DNA of 64,000 nucleotides from Escherichia phage vB_EcoM_E9.1: the sequence record PP886230; one strand, 5' to 3'. Numbering within the stretch: the first letter of the stretch is position 1; each line of letters begins with the position of its first letter. The translations under genes and the position numbers were made by a program. Shown one piece after another: positions 28,761-40,671 of this stretch. Under the pieces are notes generated by a model. The model had not been told where the DNA came from and did no database searches. It saw nothing but the letters and a program-made list of their open reading frames with translations.

Positions 28761-28989
28761 GCTTTCTTTACAGAAGAATAAATGAAACACTTAATTGAAC
28801 TGGATACATAAAATGACACACAAAGAATGGATAGATGAACTAAAATTCAAACATAATCCTTTTGGTTTTGGTATACGCCAAGGTCATTATGATGTGTTAA
28901 AAGATAAACAACTTTTCAAATCATTTGTACTTGATGCGGATAGCAACCACTGGTTCATCTATGAGCTTGCAATTAGAGACAAAAAATAG
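28761..28989 (+). repeat. duplicated segment, copy A (pairs with 29280..29514)
   Basis: gctttctttacaGaagaa...cttaattgAactggatacataaaATGacacac... near-identical to the copy at 29280; extends through the paralogous gene. Confidence 0.6.
28813..28989 (+). CDS. MTHEEWM-family small protein
   Basis: MTHKEWIDELKFKHNPFGFGIRQGHYDVLKDKQLFKSFVLDADSNHWFIYELAIRDKK; ATG 28813 inside track ORF 28795..28989. Confidence 0.5.
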   Translation: MTHKEWIDELKFKHNPFGFGIRQGHYDVLKDKQLFKSFVLDADSNHWFIYELAIRDKK

Positions 28990-28994
28990 TAAGA

Positions 28995-29330
<336 letters not shown>

Positions 29331-29331
29331 A

Positions 29332-29514
29332 ATGACACACGAAGAATGGATGTCCAAACAGCATAAAGAACATGACTGCTTTGGGAATGGCATTCGTCAG
29401 GTACATTATGATATATTAAGAGATGAAAATCTTTTCAGGTCATATGTTTTGGATACCAGAAAACCCTGGTTTATATGCGAACTGGCATTTAGAAAGTCAA
29501 ATAATCAAAACTAA
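29332..29514 (+). CDS. MTHEEWM-family small protein
   Basis: MTHEEWMSKQHKEHDCFGNGIRQVHYDILRDENLFRSYVLDTRKPWFICELAFRK...; ATG 29332 inside track ORF 29314..29514. Confidence 0.5.
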   Translation: MTHEEWMSKQHKEHDCFGNGIRQVHYDILRDENLFRSYVLDTRKPWFICELAFRKSNNQN

Positions 29515-29530
29515 ACAAGGAATACAAAAA

Positions 29531-29749
29531 ATGGAAACAACTTTATTTGAAGTTATTCAATCATTAAAACCTGAAGATGAGGTTCAAGTACTACTACATG
29601 GTTATCGTGTAAAAGGTACTGTGGTTTTAGTCAATGATACAACATTGGTTATTACAGAAACAAACCCATATGATAGTAATCAACTTGTCAATATCCATAT
29701 CGATATCACTGGAATTATTGGTGTCGGTGTATCTAAAACACTTGCATAA
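29531..29749 (+). CDS. hypothetical protein
   Basis: Internal ATG of track ORF 29423..29749 behind RBS AAGGAA. Confidence 0.45.
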   Translation: METTLFEVIQSLKPEDEVQVLLHGYRVKGTVVLVNDTTLVITETNPYDSNQLVNIHIDITGIIGVGVSKTLA

Positions 29750-29802
29750 ATCATTAATTCATTATATAATGATTATCACTGGTTCTAGATGAGGATAATA
29801 TT

Positions 29803-30075
29803 ATGCATTTTGAAAAATTCAACGTAAATCGTAACACACGCATTGAAGTTCTTTATGAAACTCAAGACACCATTAGTATTCGTACAAGTAGTGGGGATGT
29901 ATATCATGACTGTACGATTGGCTGGGAACAGGGAAGAACGCGTAGTGCAGTATTTGATAATTATCGCTTTTATCAAGGAGACACTACGATTTGGCCTGAA
30001 TACGTAGAAGATATTGCGTTTGAAGATGAACATAAAGATGAATTTATCAAATTTAATCCTCAAACTGAATCATAA
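29803..30075 (+). CDS. hypothetical protein
   Basis: Track ORF; RBS GAGGA. Confidence 0.5.
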   Translation: MHFEKFNVNRNTRIEVLYETQDTISIRTSSGDVYHDCTIGWEQGRTRSAVFDNYRFYQGDTTIWPEYVEDIAFEDEHKDEFIKFNPQTES

Positions 30076-30079
30076 ATAA

Positions 30080-30208
<129 letters not shown>

Positions 30209-30212
30209 AAAT

Positions 30213-30314
<102 letters not shown>

Positions 30315-30318
30315 AACC

Positions 30319-30479
30319 ATGACGCATGAAGAATGGATGAATGACATTAATTTTAGATATGCAGGTTTCGGTAACTGGAGAAAGTATCATTGGGAAATCA
30401 TGTCAGACCCAGCAGAATACGATAAACTTATAAACCATGAAGCGTATCCGTGGTTCTTTATTGAAATAATGGTACGAAC

Positions 30480-30483
<4 letters not shown>
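30319..30483 (+). CDS. MTHEEWM-family small protein (54 aa)
   Basis: Below track cutoff; MTHEEWMNDINFRYAGFGNWRKYHWEIMSDPAEYDKLINHEAYPWFFIEIMVRT. Confidence 0.5.
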
Positions 30484-30645
<162 letters not shown>

Positions 30646-30653
30646 AAAAAAAG

Positions 30654-31067
<414 letters not shown>

Positions 31068-31124
31068 CTAAATAATTCAGTACTGAGGATATTAATATGT
31101 TTAAAGATGAACGTCCAGATTTGT

Positions 31125-31162
<38 letters not shown>

Positions 31163-31168
31163 GAATTC

Positions 31169-31510
31169 CACAATCAGACGTATATGGTGTAAGTTACGTC
31201 GATGCAATCCAGAACAAGATCTCTGGTACTCTAGGAAGTGGTGAATGTTAACCTAGACGGGTTTGATAATTGGACGATAGGCAATTATTACTTGACTAGC
31301 AGGTTTAAACTAGAGGTGACTATCCTTCACCAAACTGGAAAACCGGATGGACTTTTATTTAAAAGGGTAAGGCGTGGAAATATGTTTACAGTAGTTGCTT
31401 TTAGTATCCTGTACGCCCCACGTCAAGGTAGCCGAAAGGCAAGTTAAAACGGGTGGTTATAAAGCTGAATTAACAGCGACGTTTAAAAGCGTCACCATCC
31501 ATTTTTTTTT
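31169..31510 (+). ncRNA. candidate structured RNA or leader
   Basis: ~340 nt GC-richer stretch between promoter 31134 and a 9-T run at 31502-31510; only a doubtful 69-aa ORF (31238..31447). Confidence 0.25.
31478..31510 (+). terminator. putative terminator (weak stem, long T-run)
   Basis: GACG-loop-CGTC then ACCATCCA + TTTTTTTTT. Confidence 0.4.
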
Positions 31511-31526
31511 AATTAAAGTTGGTGAT

Positions 31527-32164
<638 letters not shown>

Positions 32165-32165
32165 T

Positions 32166-32335
<170 letters not shown>

Positions 32336-32358
32336 CGAAATTACAATAGGAAATTAAA

Positions 32359-32544
32359 ATGCAACTTTTAATTCTTTCAATATTGTATATTATTATAATG
32401 GTTCCGATATCAATACGTTTAATTACAGTTGAACGATTTTTATCGAAACATGGAAATAGATCTATGATCTTTGTACCAATTGGGCTTATATTGTTTGGTA
32501 TTTTTGCATTTATAATGGGAATTAACGCTACATTCATTTCATAG
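32359..32544 (+). CDS. small membrane protein
   Basis: Track ORF; two hydrophobic helices; RBS TAGGAAA. Confidence 0.4.
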   Translation: MQLLILSILYIIIMVPISIRLITVERFLSKHGNRSMIFVPIGLILFGIFAFIMGINATFIS

Positions 32545-32553
32545 GAAACAAAT

Positions 32554-32811
<258 letters not shown>

Positions 32812-32814
32812 CTA

Positions 32815-33015
32815 ATGTCAAAATTTATTAACCGTAAGAAAAGAAAAAAACGTTCTAAAGAAGAAATTCTTCAGTTAATTAAACAAAACAAGAAAGAATT
32901 GATACTTGATGAATATGTTTTCCAATACGGAATGAAAAGTGGTTTAGTGAAAGAATGTAATAATAAGTACAGTACTGAGCATTTTGATCTTATTAAAAAT
33001 ATTCTTTTAAAATAA
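32815..33015 (+). CDS. small basic protein
   Basis: Track ORF; K/R-rich N-terminus. Confidence 0.45.
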   Translation: MSKFINRKKRKKRSKEEILQLIKQNKKELILDEYVFQYGMKSGLVKECNNKYSTEHFDLIKNILLK

Positions 33016-33183
33016 AAGTATTTTTTGGATTAATTATGAGATTAACACTTGAAGAAAAAGAAGCTATTCGAGTACTGGTACGGTAAAAAGAAATTGACAA
33101 AATATGTCATTTCACCTAAACTACGTGGTAAGACTTCACTTGGTGTATTCAACGCCGCAGACTTAAACTACTAGCGGGTATTA

Positions 33184-33525
<342 letters not shown>

Positions 33526-33550
33526 GGACGTAGGATGTAAGTATTCAGTT

Positions 33551-33734
<184 letters not shown>

Positions 33735-33736
33735 TA

Positions 33737-33793
<57 letters not shown>

Positions 33794-33794
33794 A

Positions 33795-33826
<32 letters not shown>

Positions 33827-33878
33827 TACCAAGCAGCTTGAAGAACTTTGTAGTGCTGCACCTATGCCGACTCTTGGC

Positions 33879-33979
<101 letters not shown>

Positions 33980-33991
33980 TATCTTACTTCT

Positions 33992-34081
<90 letters not shown>

Positions 34082-34087
34082 TACACT

Positions 34088-34513
34088 ATGACATACAACA
34101 TTGTTAAAATGGTGAACTATGTATTAAAAAACAACGCATGGTCACTGCATGATGTACAATTAGAAGATATTGGTGAAGTTAGAGTATTTTGCTATGATCC
34201 AGATTTGAATCAAACCACAGATTTGAGTAAATGTTTTAATATTTTTCTTGGTTATGAATTCAATAATCATTTTTATTCATTTGATGTGTATTTTGAAAAA
34301 GTTATATTCAGAAGTTATGAATGTGATAATGAAGATTATGATTATGATGATGAATCAATTGAATTGAATGTTAACGATATTGATACTGAAGAAAAATTCT
34401 TCCAGTACTGCCTCCTTAACGACATATTAGGATTAACATTTGAGGACATTAAAGCTATACTTAAAGTTCAAAAGTTGATTCCAGAAGAGGTTCTAAATCC
34501 ATTAAATGACTAG
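34088..34513 (+). CDS. EE-x-FFQ family small protein
   Basis: C-terminal ...TEEKFFQYCLLNDILGLTFEDIKAIL... Confidence 0.6.
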   Translation: MTYNIVKMVNYVLKNNAWSLHDVQLEDIGEVRVFCYDPDLNQTTDLSKCFNIFLGYEFNNHFYSFDVYFEKVIFRSYECDNEDYDYDDESIELNVNDIDTEEKFFQYCLLNDILGLTFEDIKAILKVQKLIPEEVLNPLND

Positions 34514-34871
34514 TCTAATAGTACGTATAATGCAAGATGTTTGTAATAACCTTTATACAGGCAATTTTGACGATCCGAACATAAAAATATTATGTTATGA
34601 TGGTTTTACAATGGTACATCCATCCTATTCAAATAATATCTACGTAGCATATACAGGTGAAAATCTATTATATCAATTTGATATATATAGTACAATGACA
34701 AAGATAATTTTGGATGCCTCTAAACCAGCAATCTTTATTGCTTCTCATGATTACCATTACACTGAAGAATCACTATTTCAGTACTCAATGATTAATGACA
34801 TTGGTGGGTTGACATTGGATGAGGTTAATGCTATACTAGCTGTCTCACGTTTAGTTAAAACCCACAATTAG
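34506..34871 (+). CDS. EE-x-FFQ family small protein
   Basis: C-terminal ...TEESLFQYSMINDIGGLTLDEVNAIL... Confidence 0.6.
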   Translation: MTSLIVRIMQDVCNNLYTGNFDDPNIKILCYDGFTMVHPSYSNNIYVAYTGENLLYQFDIYSTMTKIILDASKPAIFIASHDYHYTEESLFQYSMINDIGGLTLDEVNAILAVSRLVKTHN

Positions 34872-34880
34872 GAGATTCAT

Positions 34881-35072
34881 ATGTTCTGGAATTTATTATG
34901 CTTGTTTGGTCGTACATTGGTTCTTGCTATTATTCATACACCTGGTATTCGTAATTATGTTTCTTATGAATTTAAGAAAAATTATCACAACAATACTGAA
35001 GTTCGTACAACTAAGATGTGCAAAGACTTCAAGGTAGATGTTCCACCATTCAAGAAGTACGAGGATGAATAA
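34881..35072 (+). CDS. small protein
   Basis: Track ORF; RBS AGGAG. Confidence 0.4.
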   Translation: MFWNLLCLFGRTLVLAIIHTPGIRNYVSYEFKKNYHNNTEVRTTKMCKDFKVDVPPFKKYEDE

Positions 35073-35356
35073 TGGAATTCATTGTTGCACCTGATGAACT
35101 TAAAACATTCACGTTCAGAGATAATAACAATTATCCTTATACAAATCATTCATTGAATTCATTACATGTTATTTCAATCATTGCATCTGAATACAGGGAT
35201 AATCCATGTATTGATTTTAAAACCACTGATGGTGAATATACATGGGTGATCCCAAAAGATAAATATAGTTATCAAGGGGCAGTAGAAATTCGTGACTCGA
35301 TTCTAAAACAAATCGAAGATGGAAATACTCATCCTAAACTAAACACTCAGTACTGA
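35072..35356 (+). CDS. hypothetical protein
   Basis: Track ORF; TAATG coupling. Confidence 0.5.
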   Translation: MEFIVAPDELKTFTFRDNNNYPYTNHSLNSLHVISIIASEYRDNPCIDFKTTDGEYTWVIPKDKYSYQGAVEIRDSILKQIEDGNTHPKLNTQY

Positions 35357-35369
35357 AATCGTTTAACCC

Positions 35370-35424
35370 GATAGCTTCTAGTCAGTACTGATTCCTCCTT
35401 ATGTATAGAAGCTATCACTTTTTT
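35370..35424 (+). terminator. long-loop hairpin + T-run
   Basis: GATAGCTTCTA...TAGAAGCTATC 11-bp stem, 25-nt loop, then ACTTTTTT. Confidence 0.5.
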
Positions 35425-35544
35425 ACGTATAATGATATTACCCTCAAATTCATTATATTCGTTACCCTCTAACAGTATCTTTTTATTCCTCTTGGATGCT
35501 GTAATTTAGAAGTTGACTTTTTAACTTCTACTGTGTTATACTTA

Positions 35545-35573
35545 AGGCTGATTCGATGAATCGGCCTTTTTTC
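35545..35573 (+). terminator. intrinsic terminator
   Basis: GGCTGATTC-GAT-GAATCGGCC hairpin followed by TTTTTT. Confidence 0.6.
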
Positions 35574-35590
35574 TTATATAGGTGAATGCA

Positions 35591-36010
35591 ATGAGTTATT
35601 TGTTTACTTTAATTGATAAGTATGTTGACATTGTATACTGTCAAGTTTGTAGTGATACGTTTGAAACAAAAAACCCAATTAGAGATGGCTTTTTTGATGT
35701 TGTCGTTGGATCATTTTTGAATGGATACACCGAGACATTATACAACAGTAATAATATTTTTATTTCAGTTCAATCCAGACATACATCAGACTATGCTGTT
35801 AGCATTGATATTTGGGAAAATAATATAGAAATAGATATAACGGAACATACTAACATTCATGTTGATGATACATTTAATCAATTAACTGAAGAAATGTACT
35901 TGCAGTTGAATTTTGTACATGATCTTACAAATATCAGTTATGATACATTAAGGAAAATATGTTTTCTTAGTGGGGTGATCCGTAGTAATATGAGTAAGGA
36001 TGGGAAGTGA
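35591..36010 (+). CDS. EE-x-FFQ family small protein
   Basis: ...TEEMYLQLNFVHDLTNISYDTLRKI...; start moved to ATG 35591 behind AGGTGA. Confidence 0.55.
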   Translation: MSYLFTLIDKYVDIVYCQVCSDTFETKNPIRDGFFDVVVGSFLNGYTETLYNSNNIFISVQSRHTSDYAVSIDIWENNIEIDITEHTNIHVDDTFNQLTEEMYLQLNFVHDLTNISYDTLRKICFLSGVIRSNMSKDGK

Positions 36011-36011
36011 A

Positions 36012-36428
36012 ATGTTAAAAATTCCACCTAAGTCGTTAACACATCTTATTGAATGTGGTGTAATATTTTCCGAAGGTGATACCTCATCATACACATTGGT
36101 CGATGAACCTTATAATTTTTCATACCAATCTTATAAAAATAATTCTAAAATTTCTTGTAGATATGCTGAAAACATATTAATAGATGTTTCGTTACATAAT
36201 GTTCCGAAATTTTACATTGATATCTTTGGTGATTCTTTGACAATTCGAACATATGATTATTTTATTAATAAAGACCTCTTGAGTCTTCCAATTGAACATG
36301 ATACTATAGATTCAGAGATGTTCTTTCAACTATCAACAGTTTACGATTTACAGGGTTTAACTGTTGAGCAGTTGAATGGAATATTTGAGATTTCACGAAA
36401 CATACGAAGCAGGAATAAAAATGTCTAA
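36012..36428 (+). CDS. EE-x-FFQ family small protein
   Basis: ...DSEMFFQLSTVYDLQGLTVEQLNGIF...; ATG 36012. Confidence 0.6.
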   Translation: MLKIPPKSLTHLIECGVIFSEGDTSSYTLVDEPYNFSYQSYKNNSKISCRYAENILIDVSLHNVPKFYIDIFGDSLTIRTYDYFINKDLLSLPIEHDTIDSEMFFQLSTVYDLQGLTVEQLNGIFEISRNIRSRNKNV

Positions 36429-36831
36429 TATTTTAAATGAAAAAACAGTTGATGTTGTTATTGGTGTTCTTAACACCGCAACTTCATTTCAGAAGAAACA
36501 CAGTGTTGTATACTTTGGTGAAGATTGTTGGCTGAACTATACTAATAATTCGTTTATAATTCGTGTAGAGGCTGATGATATTGGATTAACCGTTCAGGTA
36601 GGATGTACCAAAACTGACAAACAAATCACTGTCATTGTTGATAAACTTACGTCTTCTTTTTATGATAGTATAGATGATTGTGAACACTGTAGTTCAACAT
36701 TTTATGATACAGAAGAAGAACATTTTATGGAAAGTACTGTTCAAGAGTTAGCTATTCCATATAAGCTAATGAAAGCAGTGAGTGATTTAATTTTAAAATA
36801 TAAAAAAATAGGAGTTACTAATGCAATTTAA
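36421..36831 (+). CDS. EE-x-FFQ family small protein
   Basis: ...TEEEHFMESTVQELAIPYKLMKAV...; internal ATG 36421 behind AGGAATAAAA. Confidence 0.55.
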   Translation: MSNILNEKTVDVVIGVLNTATSFQKKHSVVYFGEDCWLNYTNNSFIIRVEADDIGLTVQVGCTKTDKQITVIVDKLTSSFYDSIDDCEHCSSTFYDTEEEHFMESTVQELAIPYKLMKAVSDLILKYKKIGVTNAI

Positions 36832-37267
36832 TGGTAAAGTTTCCAAAGTAGGTTTGGTTTTTGAAAACTGTGAATTTGTTGATATTGATGTAAAGAATGT
36901 TTTATGGATGCATATTGCTGATGAGAAGACTCTTTGTAGCCGTTTTTCAAACGGTCTGACAATTAGTACTGTTATCGGTGAGTTCGGTATTGCATTACGC
37001 AGCAATACACCATCGGATTTCATGGACAACTCTACACTGTTAGACCGTTTAAAAATGCGTGACGTTACACACGTTTATCTATATGATACTAACGGTGTTG
37101 AACAGCGTTATGTAGTTGAATGGGCTAATTATAACCTTAGTGATCAATATTCAGTAAACCAGCGTGTTCAAATCACCCCTGGTGGTAATATTGTGTTTGT
37201 TAGTTCAACTGGTAAATTAATCAGTGTAGATGATAAAAACATTGACCTATTCACAGCATATAACTAA
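36821..37267 (+). CDS. hypothetical protein
   Basis: Track ORF. Confidence 0.55.
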   Translation: MQFNGKVSKVGLVFENCEFVDIDVKNVLWMHIADEKTLCSRFSNGLTISTVIGEFGIALRSNTPSDFMDNSTLLDRLKMRDVTHVYLYDTNGVEQRYVVEWANYNLSDQYSVNQRVQITPGGNIVFVSSTGKLISVDDKNIDLFTAYN

Positions 37268-37278
37268 TACGAGCTTCC

Positions 37279-37698
37279 ATGAAAACAATCAAAATTCATT
37301 TCAAAGACACTTGGACAGAAGTAAGTACTGGTAATATTCAGGATATTTTATATAGTACTGAAACTATTCATGTTTATGATGAAGAGACTGCTACCGAGCA
37401 GTTAAAAGTTTTGCATCGTAGTGTTGGTGTGCACACCGAATATGGCATTAAACATACTCGTGAATTACTTAATACTAATCACATTGAAACCCGTAAAGCA
37501 AACTTATCAAAAGAAGAAATGTTCGATTTCATCCTGAACCATAAAGTTCATATTGAGCCTGATGGGTCTATATGGGAGAACACTGCTGGACAAAAAGTGC
37601 TGAAAAAATATCATGTTTCAATTGATAATGTAAAAATGTCAGGGTATGATTTGGAAGATGCAATTAATGAATATGTATCTAGGCAGAGGGCAAATTGA
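37279..37698 (+). CDS. hypothetical protein
   Basis: Track ORF. Confidence 0.55.
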   Translation: MKTIKIHFKDTWTEVSTGNIQDILYSTETIHVYDEETATEQLKVLHRSVGVHTEYGIKHTRELLNTNHIETRKANLSKEEMFDFILNHKVHIEPDGSIWENTAGQKVLKKYHVSIDNVKMSGYDLEDAINEYVSRQRAN

Positions 37699-38069
37699 TG
37701 AGCTTGATAACATTTACAATTATTTGTTGCATTACTATTGTACTTTGTCGCCTGATTCATGTATACTCATATCATAAAGCGTTGCGAATCGAACAAGAGA
37801 TTTACAACGAAAACCGAGAACCAGAACCAGTCAAGAAGCCACCATCACCTTATGGGTTGAAACGTGAGATGCATTCTCAAAGTAAAAAGTGGGGTTATGC
37901 AATTACTAAAAATGGCTACATCTATACTGCAAGTAATGGTTATTTTCAAATTCACCACGAATTAGAAGTGGCAGTTCAAATTTTGTGGGAGATGGAGGAC
38001 ATTGGTGGTTATGAGCGTACTAAGTTTGAATTCATATCAAATGATCCAGGAACTTCACGAGAAACATGA
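37695..38069 (+). CDS. membrane-anchored protein
   Basis: Track ORF; N-terminal TM; ATGA overlap. Confidence 0.5.
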   Translation: MMSLITFTIICCITIVLCRLIHVYSYHKALRIEQEIYNENREPEPVKKPPSPYGLKREMHSQSKKWGYAITKNGYIYTASNGYFQIHHELEVAVQILWEMEDIGGYERTKFEFISNDPGTSRET

Positions 38070-38214
38070 TATAATTGTTGATGTGAAGAAGAAGGAAGTC
38101 GTTATGAAAAAGCAAGCATATAGAATTTTAGAAGACTTCCATCTAAAAGCATTTATAATGAAGTTCTGTACAGATGAACATCTTACCGGACGAGTAATAC
38201 GTAAGGAGTTGTAA

Positions 38215-38556
38215 ATGAACTTAAGTTCAACAATTCAGTACTTGAGCAGTAACTTCGAGAAAATTATTTCTCGCGGTGGGATGATTGTACACCCAGAAAC
38301 AGAGGAAATGTACATCATTGGATTTGATAAAAATTCTTATGATCAAGTACTTGTAATTTCCAAGTTAGAAAGTTATAATGAAGTTGTTCAGTTTTGCTGT
38401 ACCGAATTTGGTATCTATATTAAAGACGCTGAAACTAATACAATTTCGCATTATTTTTACCACACACTGATGGGTACTAAAGACTTCGGCTTGAAGTTCG
38501 ATGATTTAGTACAATGTCACTATATGTTTAAAACCTTCCCAGCTAGTGGGCATTAA
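38215..38556 (+). CDS. hypothetical protein
   Basis: Track ORF; RBS AAGGAG. Confidence 0.5.
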   Translation: MNLSSTIQYLSSNFEKIISRGGMIVHPETEEMYIIGFDKNSYDQVLVISKLESYNEVVQFCCTEFGIYIKDAETNTISHYFYHTLMGTKDFGLKFDDLVQCHYMFKTFPASGH

Positions 38557-38569
38557 GGAGTATATCAAT

Positions 38570-39358
38570 ATGAGCAACATTTTCTTCAAAACTATTTCTT
38601 TCAAAAAAGCATCTTACTCCTACGCCTACGTTGATGGTAAAGTGCTTAATATTGTACTGGATGGTGTTGACGTACCAGTTGAATTTAAAACACATGAAGA
38701 AGCAGTTGAAGGTGCTAAAGAATTGAATTCAATTCTTAATGGTGAAGTAAGTCAAAAACAACATGTAAAATCTGATTTAGATGTACTTTTGGAAAAAATC
38801 AAAACTGGTGAAGTATTAGAAATTTTAGACAACTGTAATGAAAAACTTCGTAATGTAGTTAATAATGTTCGTGACCAGATTCAAGAAAAAGCACTAGAGC
38901 AAGCATTCAAACATGTATCCAAGAATGCTGAATCTCGTATTGACGGTATGGTTAAAAATCTTGATGATGTACTATCTCATCTCTTTACTAAAGAATACGA
39001 ACAAGAAGTTGAAGAAGAACCAGTAAAAGAAACTAAAAAAGAAAAACGTAGCTTTGGCTCAGGTGATGATGTGTTTGGTTTTACGAATGTCCGAACAAGT
39101 GCAGATGAACCAAAAGAAATTAGTGAGATGCTCATTGGTGACATGACAACTAAGCAGCTTCGTAATGAAATTGACAAGTTTGTAACTAGTTGTATCAAAT
39201 CAGAACGTGCACAAAGTATGTTTAAAAGCATTAGTGAGAACTTTGGTCCAGAAGCAACTGAGCAGGCACTAACTGCATTTAAAGAATTGATTTATAATGT
39301 AGCCATTAGCAATCCAGATAAAACACTTGAAGAAGTTCTACGTGACAATTTCAAATAA
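38570..39358 (+). CDS. hypothetical protein
   Basis: Track ORF 38546..39358 (GTG); start moved to ATG 38570 behind AAGGAG. Confidence 0.55.
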   Translation: MSNIFFKTISFKKASYSYAYVDGKVLNIVLDGVDVPVEFKTHEEAVEGAKELNSILNGEVSQKQHVKSDLDVLLEKIKTGEVLEILDNCNEKLRNVVNNVRDQIQEKALEQAFKHVSKNAESRIDGMVKNLDDVLSHLFTKEYEQEVEEEPVKETKKEKRSFGSGDDVFGFTNVRTSADEPKEISEMLIGDMTTKQLRNEIDKFVTSCIKSERAQSMFKSISENFGPEATEQALTAFKELIYNVAISNPDKTLEEVLRDNFK

Positions 39359-39370
39359 TTAGATAAAATT

Positions 39371-39398
39371 AAAGCCACTACAATGTAGTGGCTTTTTT
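39371..39398. terminator. bidirectional terminator between convergent genes
   Basis: AAAGCCACTAC-loop-GTAGTGGCTTT hairpin with A-run on one side and T-run on the other. Confidence 0.65.
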
Positions 39399-39400
39399 TA

Positions 39401-40555
39401 TTATGCGTTGTAACCAACTATTACGACTGAGCAGTCAAGCGGTTCTACTACTTTAAGAATTACATTATCATCTTCATCCACTTGTATTTCACTATGAACT
39501 ACATGATTGTCTGAAGAATATAATTGAACTTGTGGTAGTGCTTTACCATGTTCAGTTACTGGAACTGAGATAGAGTACATAGAGTCTTCACCGAGAACCC
39601 ACTCACTTAAAGTATATTCTTTATGGAAAGGAGTAGTATGCAGTGTTTTTCCGATTATACTCAAAGAAACAGGTAAATTATCAGTTTGATACACAGTAAT
39701 ATTACCTTCTGCGTCTACAGAAAGATCTACACCAACTTGATATAAGTCACCACTGTATGCTTGAAGTGCTAAGTACTGTCCACGATCATGAACATCAAAT
39801 GGAACAACCGCAGAAAATACACCTTCCGAAACAGGTTCAAATTGGGATAGAAGAACTGATGTAACAAAATCAATATCCTCACCACTTTCAAGAACATCAA
39901 ATTCCACCACTTTAGTGTTATAATATGGAGAAGTGAGCGTAGCAGTACCTTTCCCTGATTGTGTGATAACATCAACTGGAATTGTAAATGCATCATTAAC
40001 AAATTGGGTAGTAAAGTATTCTGTCCCGTCTGGTAATACGATTGTTATTACCATACCGTTAGTATCAATTTCTGAACCAGTGTTGAATAATTTACCACTA
40101 ATTGAGTCATTACCAACAAATACTGGTGAAATGAGAATATTATCTATATCACGATCTATAATACCACATTCAGGTGTATACATATGATACAAGGTTTGTG
40201 AACTACCTAAAATTGTTTTATGTAGCATAAATTTATATACAAATCCAGTATCAGTTTCTTGTGGCTCTTCAGAATATCCACGAACAAAGAAACAATTTTT
40301 ATTAATTTCACTTAATAGTTGGTCATTAGTTTTATTGTAATTTAATAGATAACCTTTATTATCTTTAGTTGTTATTTGTACTTTACGATATATTATATTA
40401 GTTCTTGGATCAACTAAATCATATAATCTATGGCTTCTTTGGCGATAGATTCTAATATTTTTTAGTCTAGTTCCATCGTTGAGGATTGCACCATCAACAA
40501 CATAACCACATTCACCAAACTTATAGCGTCCAGCCGCAGCAATTGACCTTGACAT
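39401..40555 (-). CDS. hypothetical protein (384 aa), the only substantial minus-strand gene
   Basis: Track ORF on minus strand; GGAGG 5 nt upstream of its ATG, TATAAT-like -10 further upstream on minus strand; no recognisable motif. Confidence 0.6.
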   Translation of the reverse strand: MSRSIAAAGRYKFGECGYVVDGAILNDGTRLKNIRIYRQRSHRLYDLVDPRTNIIYRKVQITTKDNKGYLLNYNKTNDQLLSEINKNCFFVRGYSEEPQETDTGFVYKFMLHKTILGSSQTLYHMYTPECGIIDRDIDNILISPVFVGNDSISGKLFNTGSEIDTNGMVITIVLPDGTEYFTTQFVNDAFTIPVDVITQSGKGTATLTSPYYNTKVVEFDVLESGEDIDFVTSVLLSQFEPVSEGVFSAVVPFDVHDRGQYLALQAYSGDLYQVGVDLSVDAEGNITVYQTDNLPVSLSIIGKTLHTTPFHKEYTLSEWVLGEDSMYSISVPVTEHGKALPQVQLYSSDNHVVHSEIQVDEDDNVILKVVEPLDCSVVIVGYNA

Positions 40556-40615
40556 TTATCCCTCCATTGGTATAATTATTATAACGTATTTATTATGCAT
40601 ATCCAAAAAATGAGC

Positions 40616-40644
40616 TTGACTGGTGTATGATTTGGTGTTATCAT
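40616..40644 (+). promoter_or_regulatory. sigma70-like promoter
   Basis: TTGACT-N17-TATCAT with TG just upstream; divergent from the minus-strand gene. Confidence 0.45.
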
Positions 40645-40671
40645 GTAGTGAATGAATAATGAGGTGTTTTT

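Noticed and set aside
31238-31447. 69-aa ORF as a confident CDS, and the N-terminal part of track ORF 31395..31898
   Set aside because: The 69-aa frame has weak start context in a GC-richer stretch, and the 31395 frame reads through a 9-T terminator-like run; the downstream gene is started at 31527.
38002-38214. Track ORF 38002..38214 (70 aa) overlapping the 3' end of CDS 37695..38069
   Set aside because: Start position ambiguous and mostly overlapping in another frame; a shorter ORF from ATG 38104 is possible but unsupported.
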